Source: Syntrophales bacterium (GTDB lineage: Bacteria > Desulfobacterota > Syntrophia > Syntrophales > UBA2210). Taken from it: a DNA stretch of 64,000 bases. The stretch lies in the NCBI GenBank assembly GCA_963666365.2, contig CAXXNF010000002.1, positions 928,001 through 992,000 on the forward strand, written 5' to 3'. The position numbers and the translations under genes were made by a program. Under the pieces are notes generated by a model. That model was not told where the DNA came from. It did no database searches and worked only from the letters and a program-made list of their open reading frames with translations. Positions 1 to 10,900 of this stretch are shown here, piece by piece. Within the stretch, counting starts at the first letter, position 1. Each line of letters opens with the position of its first letter.

Positions 1-205
1 CCATGGCAGAATAATAGAACAGGATTGCCGAAATTGCAACGCAGTGTGCCACGGTGTTTTTTTACACATTTTTTCTTGATTTTTCTTCTTGAATAGCAGA
101 TTAATACTAATTAACATCAAGGTCATAAAAAATCTCAAATAATGGAATATTCATACAGTTTTTCTCGTTCGAGCTTATCGAACCTGTGATTGAAAGGAGT
201 TGCCC

Positions 206-1756
206 GTGAAACGAGGAATATCGATAGCACTGACAGGCCTTTTCGTTTTCTCCACACTGATTTTTTTCCTCCCCCCCCTGTATTGTCAGGAACCCTCGGA
301 GATCATCAAAAAGGGAATTGCAGAATATAAGCAGGAAAATTATGAAGAGTCCGTGGCAATCCTTGAAAGAGCACGAGCCGAAGAGCCGAATTCCTCGCTC
401 GCCGCATTCTTTCTCGGCATGGCCTACAAACAGGTGATGGATTTCGAGAAGGCCCTCGTCCATTTCAACGACGCCGTGACGCTGACGCCGCGGATCAAGG
501 AGGCGCTCCCCGAACTGATAAGCATTCTCTACAAACAGGACAACATAGAAGAGGCAAAAAAATGGATTGCCGTGGCGGAAAAAGACTCGATAATGCCGCC
601 ACAGATCGCCTTTCTTAAGGGTCTTGTGCTGCAGAAAGAAAATAAATTCACCGACTCGGTCGTCGAATTCGAGAAGGCGACGGATCTCGATCCATCGCTG
701 AAGCAGGCCGCGGAATTCCAGATTGCCCTCTCTTATGTCAAGGCAAGGAAACTCTCGTACGCGAAGGAGCGTTTTCAGGCTGCCGTTATCGCCAACCCTG
801 ACAGCGACCTCGCCGCGTACGCGAGACGATACCAGGATCTCGTGGAAGAGCGCATATTTGTGGAGCGGCCCCTTCGTTTCACCCTCGGTCTCTTCGGGCA
901 GTACGATTCCAACGTGGTGCTGAGTCCGGACGATTCCGTATTTTCGGCCGGAATCACCAATGAATACAGTACGGTTCTCATGCCTTCATTCCGCGTCGAT
1001 TATGTGCCCATTCTTGAGGGATCGAAGCTTTTCAGCGCCCAGTATTCATTTGTATCCAACTACCACGAACACAATTCCACAACCCATGATATGACGGCAA
1101 ACACCATCAGCCTCACCCCCGGCTACAGCTTCGGACGTTCGGCGCTCAATTTTAACCTGAGCTATAGCCATTTTCTGCTGCACGGATCCCGATATATGGA
1201 AAACCTGTCCTACGGGCCCCTCTACCGCTACCTGCTCAATGATACAAACATTTTTGAAGTGTTCGCGGGGTACGGCATAAAAAACTATTTCCAGGACATC
1301 ACTCCGCCCGATTTCGAAAACGACCGCGACTGCGAAGGAATCAATGCCTACCTGAGCTGGGTGTGGCTGTTCAGCCGCAACGCCTTCTTTAACTTAAAAT
1401 ATGAATTTATCGATGAAAACGCCGACGGGCTCCGTTACGAAAACAACGGCCACCGGTTGAGCGCAAACGCTATCATTCCCCTGTTGACCAATCTCAAGCT
1501 GCAGCTCAGCGCATCCTATTACCGGCAGCAGTACCGATACCGACTCAATTACCCCGAGTTCATTGCGGGCGCCCTTGTCAACGTACCCAAGGAACGGCGC
1601 GACAAGAACTTATCGAGCACCATCGGCCTTACCTGGGAATTAAACAGGAATATCAACGTGATTGTGCAGTATTCGAGAACACGGAACGACTCGAACGACG
1701 AAACTTCGGAATATACCCGTCATCTCTACACCGCGGGGGTTGAATTCAAGTTCTAG
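206..1756 (+). CDS. TPR-repeat + C-terminal outer-membrane beta-barrel protein (Slam/DUF560-like exporter)
   Basis: RBS GAAAGGAG then GTG at 206 (ORF track starts at TTG 200). N-terminal signal peptide, ~180 aa of TPR-like helices (e.g. FFLGMAYKQVMDFEKALVHFNDAVTLTP), then amphipathic beta-strands starting at GQYDSNV and ending in a BAM-type signal YTAGVEFKF. Confidence 0.8.
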   Translation: MKRGISIALTGLFVFSTLIFFLPPLYCQEPSEIIKKGIAEYKQENYEESVAILERARAEEPNSSLAAFFLGMAYKQVMDFEKALVHFNDAVTLTPRIKEALPELISILYKQDNIEEAKKWIAVAEKDSIMPPQIAFLKGLVLQKENKFTDSVVEFEKATDLDPSLKQAAEFQIALSYVKARKLSYAKERFQAAVIANPDSDLAAYARRYQDLVEERIFVERPLRFTLGLFGQYDSNVVLSPDDSVFSAGITNEYSTVLMPSFRVDYVPILEGSKLFSAQYSFVSNYHEHNSTTHDMTANTISLTPGYSFGRSALNFNLSYSHFLLHGSRYMENLSYGPLYRYLLNDTNIFEVFAGYGIKNYFQDITPPDFENDRDCEGINAYLSWVWLFSRNAFFNLKYEFIDENADGLRYENNGHRLSANAIIPLLTNLKLQLSASYYRQQYRYRLNYPEFIAGALVNVPKERRDKNLSSTIGLTWELNRNINVIVQYSRTRNDSNDETSEYTRHLYTAGVEFKF

Positions 1757-1919
1757 TGTGAATGATTTCACATGGAACACACCAATTTAATCGATGATTA
1801 GCCGCCATTGCCGGTTGAAGGCGCCGGCGTATTTTGCTAAACTGATATCATCATTTCATAAACGAACGACGCCGTGGAGGCGCCTGACAGATAACCGCCA
1901 ATCGTAAAGGACTCAAAGG

Positions 1920-4900
1920 GTGACCGCAATGAAGATGAAAAAATATATAGTATTTTTTATTCTGATAGGCCTGATTTTCCTGCTGCCGCTTTCTGTACTC
2001 GGTGCGAGCATAGGGAAGTTCACCTTTACCCAGGGAACGGTGGATCTCACACGGCCGGGAGAAGCGGCGCAGCCGGCCACGGTCGGCGACGAGATCGCCA
2101 TTGGCGACTTTATCCGCACCAAGAGTAATTCAAAGGCGGAAATTACCTTTGTAGACGGGAGCATCACCCGTCTGGCGCCCCGTTCGCGTCTTAAAATTAC
2201 GGAATACTTCATCAGCGATGAAGGGCGGAAAGGCACCCTTGACCTTGTCAGAGGAAAGGTACAGAGCGTCATACAAAAGACTGAAATAACCGGAACGGAC
2301 AGCCGCTTTGAAGTGCACACCCCTACCGCCGTCTGCGGCGTCAGGGGCACCATTTTCTTCACCTATTATCAGGACGGCGTATCCGGCGGCGCAACTCAGG
2401 ACGGCGTGGTCTATGTATACAGCAAGAACAGGCCGAGCGAAGTAAGGACTATGTCCTCAGGCGAGGCGATGATCGTTACGAGCCCTGACCAGCCTCCAGT
2501 GGTGCGACCGGCCACGGATCCTGAAATTCAGCAACATACAGACGATACCAGTCCCGGTGACGACGGAGAGGAAGGCGATGATGACAGTGGCGACGATGAC
2601 GGTGGAGGCGGCACGCAGTCTGGCGGAACCCAGGGTGATGAAGGTGGCGGCGGAGCCGGCGGCGGTGATGGTGGTGGAGGAGAGGGAGCCGACAGTGTTG
2701 ATGAGGAATTAATAACCACCACGTTACTGACCGGCACGGAAGATACCTCCGGCGACAGCGGCCAAGGCCCCGGCAGTTCACTGCCCGGGCCGGACACTAC
2801 CGGCCAAAATCTTGTGGACAATACCCCTGAACCGATAATTGAGCCCGAAACCCCCTCAAACGCCTTTTGCAGTACGGGTGAATACGGGTATGGAACGGTC
2901 ACCCTGGCGATCACTCCCCCTGAAGGAACGCAGCAATACGGCGCCATTGATATAAGCGGCATAGTCTATGATTCTGTCTGGATGGGTTCGATTGCCGCCG
3001 CCTCTGAAGAGGGCAGCAAATTGGGCGGCTACTTTGCGGGTGTAGCCGGTTCATGGCGCGGCTATCTGAGTACGCTCTACTGTGAGACGAACGACCGTAC
3101 CGAGGGAGGCCACATACTAGGCTATCTCTCTACCGATCCCTCGGGGAGCTTCGAAGCCGAAACCGGCGCTTTTGCGGGAAGCGGCACTGTCCTCATGATT
3201 CCCATGGCGGACACCACCTTTAATCCTACTGAATTTACTGCACTTCTCAATGACGAGATCTATCAAGCGGATCTCCCCTTCTCGCGCATCCCCTTCCATG
3301 CATTTACCCTGGGAGTGATCGATTTCGACGGTTCCTTCAGTGGGTCCGTGACTTCCGAAGGAGACTATAAAGGAATCGACGCCGGCGATATTCTCCTCGG
3401 CGTATGGGCCGCGAAAACTAAAGACGGATATTACTCGAATGTGAACCAGCATGATCTCGGAACAATTTATTTCGGTTATACTCCTGACCTGGATGAAGAT
3501 GAAGACTGCTACATGATAGGCGGCATCGACGGGAATCAATCTCTCGGCGACGATGGCGACGGCCATATTGACCTTTACGGCTACGCCACCTATATCGACC
3601 ATGAGCACCTCGGTGTGCTCGACTTTCGTCATCTCGGCGTCTACGAGGGCAACCCCGGCGCCTACAACAGCATTACCAGCGGCACGGCAACCCTTTACCC
3701 CCTCGCCTTTTCGGGGCACATCGGCGGAACAGTGAGACCGGTGGGCGCAGTCGAACAGCAACCTTCCAGCCTTTACAGAAACGAGGGGGGCATGGCCTTG
3801 ATCTATGCCCACGAGGAAGGCATCGTCGGCGGCCGTACAAGCCCCTGGGGCGCCGCCGACTCCACTCTCAAGGATGTGCAGCCGGGATTCTTCCGTGCAC
3901 TGGGACAATACTATGATACGGAAGAGGCGCCACTGGTCAGTGCAACCCCTTCGCACTTTCTCTGGAACACCGCTTCATACCTGTCATACCTGAACCGAAA
4001 CGAAGGCGGCACGCTTGACAGAGAAGAGCGTTCCCTGTCCTTTGTGACAGGGCTCTGGAAAGACGACGGAACCATCGTCGGGGAAAGCATCGGTTTTTAC
4101 GAAAGCGACGACGGGACCCTTGGCATTATCGGCGGTGATCTTACCGGCTATTATTACACGGATCTGGGCATGTGGATGATCGAAGGCACAGTAACTCCCG
4201 ATGATACGATTATCGGCACATTTACCGACAGCACGCACCTCTCAATGGACGAAATCACCGGCTCTCTCTACTCCGATTTCAGCGACGGCAGCTATGTTGA
4301 GGGTGCAGCTCTCGGCAGCGCATTCAGACTCACCGACAACGAGGGAACACCCGCCCTCTTCGGCGTATTCGATATTTTGTTCGGCGGGTATTCCGAGTTC
4401 TTTTCAACCGGCGGCGGCAACACCTTTTACTGCGCCTCGGAGAATTATGCGGACATGGCGGGTCGCGAGATACTGTTCGGCTCTTTTGCCTACAATCCCT
4501 ACACATATCCCGTATCATACCCCCTGAATGGCCTGGACATGGGCGGCGGCACTTATATGATGGGGTCACTGATCATCGACAGCTGGAACAACGACGGCAC
4601 CATTTACGGAACCCTCACGAACGGTGAGTATTTCTATCTTTCCCTTGACTCCTTCGGTAGCTTTGAGGGCTCTTTCTACGGCCTCTATGATGAGCTGGAA
4701 GCCGGTTACGGCACCTGGATCGGCGTAAGCGCAGGCGCCTTTGTTGGTGAACCTCTCGCATACAGTGGATTATGGGGAAATTACCTGTTCGATGGATTCG
4801 ATGCGGGCTGTCTTTTTACCGTCGATTCCATCGATGAGTATGGCGACCTCCTTACCATGGGCGAAGAGTACGGCCTCTTCGGCCTTGCACCCCGGGGCGA

Positions 4901-7900
4901 CGACTACCTGTTCGTTGCCATGGGTTCCTACGACGCATGGGATGAAGGCATCGGTCCCTATCTGTGGAACACGCCCATAATGAGCGCAAGCTTCGATCCC
5001 TATGAGTATACCTTTTTCGATAATGAAGGCATCGCCGGGTATACCACGGGCATATGGAACAACGGCGCCCTCGAGGGCTATGCCCTGGCCCTGCTTTCAC
5101 GGTACGACGGAGAAACGGGCCTTGTCGATCTCGGCGTCGTCGCGGGACCGCTCACCGGCACATACAATGCCGACATTGCCATGTGGATGGCGCAGGGTAC
5201 GGCAACCACCAACATCCGTGAGACCGGCGTCGATCCCTTGGTGTTTGAACTGTACGGTGACTGGGGGTATTTCGATGAATCCTGTCTGGCGGGAGATTTC
5301 GAAGGAAATGGCTCTATCGAGGGATACAGCGACTGGGGAAGTACATACTTTGCAGGATATTACGATGCGGAAGAGGATCTCGACCTTTCCTATCCCTGGG
5401 GCATCTACAGCGTTACCATGGCGGGAACGTTTGAAAACCCGAATTCCGGATCTTCATGGTCGGCTGTCATCGGCGGGTTCGGTGAATTCGGCTACGACGA
5501 CCGCTACTATAATTTCAACGATGAATACGGCTACCTCGAAGGCTACTGGATCGCCTCCGTCTCCGGCATATGGAATGAGGACGGTACGATACTGGGCTAT
5601 CTAGGCATTGAAGAGGAAGAGAACGGCATTACCTTTTTCAGTACGAGTGTAATAAGCATCCCCGAGCCGGGTGTAAGCGACGAAGGCTTCGGACTGTTTA
5701 TCACGCTCCAGGGAATCGGCTCTATCGGCGGTCCCTTCTACGGTCTTTATGACAACAACGATTATTGGATCGGCGCGAGCATAGGCACCTTTGAATTGGA
5801 GGCCGCCTTTGACATGAGCGGCTACTGGGAGCATTGGCTTCTTGCTGACGACGGGGGATCTCTTGTCGAGGTGGGCGAGGGATGGGGCATTATCGGCCTT
5901 GTCGAAAACGAAGGCATCTACGAATATTTCGGCATGGGGGAATTCTTCGCCGAAACGGGGTACGACTCCTATCTCTGGGATACTTTCACCTATGGGATCC
6001 CCGGAACGCTCTCCACCAGCGCAACTCCCTATCACATGTTCCTGGGATATGCCGGCGGCATATGGAACAACGGAACATGGAACGGATATGCATCATTTCT
6101 CTATTCCGAAGCCGATCAGGATACGGGGTTAGTCAATCTGGGATATCTTTCGGGATCGATAGACGGCGTCTACTATCCCGGCATTGAAATGTGGATAATG
6201 GGCGGCACGCTTACCCCGGAAATCAAAGTGAGCGGCCTTGATCTTTCCGAAGGCGGCTATTTCTGGGAATACGGCAGTTCTCTTACGGCGGCCCTGTCGG
6301 GAAGTTTCGGTGAATTGCAAGAAGGCGCACTCTCATCGGAGTTCAACGAGGAGGACATGCAGGGAAACACGTTCTTCTTTGTAGTAGAAACTGCCGATCA
6401 GCAAGGGCCACTTCCCTGGGGCATCTACTCGCTGAGTCTGGGGTATGACAGCGCCTATTCGCAACCCGAAGGCACAGATGCGTTCAGTGCTGTAATCGGC
6501 GGAGAAGGCGCCTTCAGCGCCTCCGATACGGGAAGCCCCGAATACGGCTACTGGATGGCTTCCGTCTCCGGCATATGGAACGAAGACGGCACAATCAGCG
6601 GCATGCTGGGCGAAACGGAGGAGCATGAAAACTCCTTCGGCTTCTATCTGAACGCCACGCACATGGGAACTCTCGGCGGACCTTTCTACGGTCTTTACAG
6701 TGAAACCGAGGCGGGCGTCGGTACCTGGGTTGCCGGAAGCGTTGGCGCCTTCGACGGGGCGCCGCTGGCGCTCGGCGGTGAAATAACCGGGAATGCTCTT
6801 TATTACGACGGTACCGCTCTTGTCACCGGAAACAGTGTCGAAGGTCTTCTCGGCGCCACGACGAACCCTCTGTTCGGTGAGGAACTTACGGAAGCAGTAA
6901 TCATGGGCGCACTGAATGTGAATGACCCCGCTGCTTCAGGCCTTTACGAGCAGGAGGTGACCGGCTGGTCCGCCGACGGAGACGCCTTTACCGGATTTAT
7001 GGCGAGCATCCGTACCAAAGAGCCGTTCTATGGGGGTGTCGGCTTTCTCCTCGCCTTATATATCGATTCAGAAGGCAATGCAGGAATTCTTGAAGGGGAG
7101 TTTGAAGAAGCCGGCCGTCTAAACAATAGTGTATGGCTCGACTACGGAATCCTCTCGGCCATTCCACAGGGCACGACGTCAATAACCCCGGATATGCTCT
7201 ACGATTCTCTCATAACAAGCACATTCGAGGGATGCGGGGGATACAGTCAGGAAGAGGGGAACGGCCTCTGGACCGAATCCGTTTCGGGAACACTGCTCGG
7301 ATTAATGGATCAGGATTGGGGAATTTTCAGGATATCTCTCGGCGGCAGCTATGAAGGCGTACTCCCCTACTCTGTCATGGCGTTCTGGGGCGCCTCCGCC
7401 ACGCTGGACGAATTGCCCGGGTATGTGTTCGGGATTTCAGAAACAATGCTGCAGGAAGAAGCCTTTCCGCTTGTAGCCTTCTCATATGGCTTTGCGCTGA
7501 ACGACTCTTATCTGTATATGCTTATGGGCGAACTGATCGGCACTTATCAGCCCGACGGCGCCGCCGGAGGGGAACTCGAAACAGGCACGTGGCAGGCTTC
7601 CGGCGTCGGACGGTATGAAAGGGCTGCATTGTCCGCAAGCGGCGCCTGGAACGCCGAACAGACACCCGACGTATTCTATAATTCAGAAGGCTATATGGAG
7701 TCGGCCGGCGTAATGACGGGAATTATCGGCATTGCTGATGAAGAAAGCGGGTTTTTCTCATCTCTCGTCGCCATGGGAAGTTATGAGGAATACGCCCCTG
7801 CGCAACTCTATCTGTGGAATTCACCCCTCGAAGTCGAGTGGAAAGACGGATCGGGCGGATTTTACGGTTACGGTATCGGCATCTCGGGCAGTTGGTATAA

Positions 7901-10900
7901 TGATTACAGTGCAACCGCAGGCATGACCGTTTCCCTCGGATACATGGTAACTCTCTTTGATCAATACGATGCCGACGGCATGACATTCGATCTGGGAATC
8001 ATGTCGGGGGAAATGGAAGGATTCTTCGTAAACGATTCGGGACTCTGGTTTATGATGGGAGAGTTTGACGATGCCCTGATAATGGATACGGTCCCCGATT
8101 CACTGTCGGTATCGCTCGAAAGCGGTACGCTCGACGGCGACTTTTACGGCGATTTTATAGGCTCCGGCTCCATTACGGGCAACGGTGCAATCGGAACCAC
8201 GGACTTCTTTGTAATCTCCGAAGGAGAATTGTCCTATTCGCTCCCCTGGGGTATTTATAGCTTCATCCTTGCTTCGGGAAACTACTATGAAAATCCGCTT
8301 TACGAAACCGACTTTTCCGCAATTGTCGGCGGAATGGGCGTTTTCGGCTATGAGTTCGACGGTACCGACGGATATGACGAAACCGGATACTGGATAGCCA
8401 CAGTAGAGGGCTATTGTGATGAAGACGGTTCAATTTTCGGCGATCTCGGTATGTTCGAAGATGATGGCACTACCTACAGCGCAGGCTATTATATAACCGA
8501 TACGCACATGGGAACAATTCAGGGGCTTCTCCTTGGTATCTACGAAGCATCCGAAGACGAAGGATCCGGCACCTGGATCGGCGAAAGCCTGGGAACCTTC
8601 ACGGGTGAAGAACTCGCCTATGGCGGCGCCTGGGGCGGTTATTATAATGGTGGTTACGATGCATTGAGTGCCGGCAGTCTCTTTTCCCTCGGTTCCGTGA
8701 TTACCGATGAATATGACGACACCTATATCGAAGGTCCGATGGGAGAAGAATTCGGCATGTTCGGTCTTGCCCCGAGAGGAAACGACTATGCCTTTCTCGC
8801 CATCGGCGAATATGAATATTATGACGAAAGCGGCAGCGGACCTTATATCTGGAACACGCCCATCGCAAGTCCCGGCTTTGACCCCTACGATTTCCTCTTC
8901 AACTATGACGGTATTGCAGGATATACCTCCGGCATTTGGAAAGATGGCTCGATGGGTGGTTATGCCGTTGCACTTTTATCGCGATATGACGACGAAACAG
9001 GCCTCGTCGATCTCGGCTTTGTCACGGGACCGCTTGCAGGCATCTACAGTCCCGAGATCGCCATGTGGATGGCGGAAGGAATGCTGATCACCGACATAAG
9101 GGAAGTCGGTATCGACCCGGAAGAGTATGAGTTATATGGTGACTGGGGCAACTTCGATGAAATAACCTTTACTGGAAGCTTTCAGGGCAGCGGGTATCTC
9201 GAGGGATACAGTGATGGAGGCCACACCTACTTCTTCGGTGCGATCGACCAGGCAACGGAAATCGACATTTCCTATCCCTGGGGACTCTACACCTTCACTA
9301 TTGCGGGCACGCATGATAATCCCGAACTGGGTTCCTCGTGGTCGGGGCGCGTGGGCGGGAACGGCGAGTTCGGATACGACAGTCGCTTCACCTCATCTTA
9401 TTACGAAGGGTGCTGGTTAGCCACTGTTTCAGGCACATGGAACGATGACGGCACGATCACCGGCGTTGTGGGCGATACGGCGGGTGAGGATGACGACAGG
9501 TTCGGCATTTTCATGAGCGTCAAAGGAATGGGGAAAATAGGCGGGCCCTTCTGCGGACTCTATGACGATACCCTCGGTACCTGGATCGGCACGAGCATCG
9601 GCACCTTTAAACAGGAAATCGCCTTCGACTGCGCCGCCTATGTGGGATTTTACGGAAGCGAGCTTTTCTATGACGACGGCGGGTATCTCGCCTCGGCGGG
9701 ATGGCTGGAAGGTTTGTCCGGTCTTAAATCGACGGATACGGGCTTTGACTTCCACGCCATGGGAATGTATGACGATTACGATGCCTATGGTATCTACGAG
9801 GGCCCCTATCTTTGGTATGCCGATGTTTCGCCGGGTGAATACTACTACAACTATTATGCTCTCAGCCCCATGGTCGCAGCGGGGGAAGAACACGTCAGCG
9901 GTTATGTGGGCCGCACCATCGGCATCGCGAAAGAGGGCGCCATGGGCGGATACCTTGCCGCGTTGTTCGGCCGGTTTGATTCCGAGGGCACATCGTACCA
10001 GGCAGGTCTCTTATCAGGATCTGTCGAAGGCACGCTCTTCGATGATATCGGCATGTGGCTGGCAGCAGGCACGATGGACTATACACTCCTTGTTGAAAGC
10101 GCTCCCTACTCCGAGAACCTGGACGTATACCCCGACTGGGGCGATCTGGACTACATCGCGCTTTCGGGAAGCTTTGATGGCAATGCGGGGATGATCAGCG
10201 GCGCCAACGGCTACGGCAGCACCAGCTTTATCAGCGTCTACAACATTGAAACCGACTATGAATCATCATACCCCTGGGGCATCTATGAGTTCATTATCGG
10301 TACCGGAAATGCCTATGAAAACCCGAACGCATCGACGGTCTTCTCTGCGACCATCGGCGGATACGGCGAGTTCGGATACAGCACCGATGCCGACGGTATG
10401 CACATCGGCTACTGGCTTGCCACGTTACAGGGCGACTGGAACAGTGACGGAACCATTATAGGCACCCTCGGCAAGGTGGCTGAGGATGACGGCACATTTG
10501 GCGTTTACCTTACCACCGGCCAGCGCGGCGTTATCGGTGGTCCCTTCTATGGGCTTTACACCGAGGCAGAAGAAGGCGGGTCCGGCACCTGGGTAGGCGA
10601 AAGTATAGGCACGTACCAAGGTTCAGCGCTGCACCATGTCATTCAGATTGAACCCACAGACGGATATAGAAACGCCACCTTGATCACCCAGGTCTGGGAT
10701 AGTCAGTACGAATATTTGTACTACGAGGAAGACGGCTCCCTAACGGCACTTTTCGGCGGAAGCGATATAATCAGGGATGCGACGGAAGCTTCACCCGCCG
10801 ACGTCCTGATGCTGGGCGAATACTATCCGGAAAGCACTCAACCGCACATGTGGTACTATGGCACCAGACCATGCGAACCTGCAAGTATCTTCACCACAGA

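Noticed and set aside
1920..2500. Classical FecIRA iron-signalling system
   Set aside because: No cytoplasmic anti-sigma domain, ECF sigma factor or TonB-dependent receptor in the window. The candidate Fur-like stretch near 1843-1858 matches the consensus poorly.
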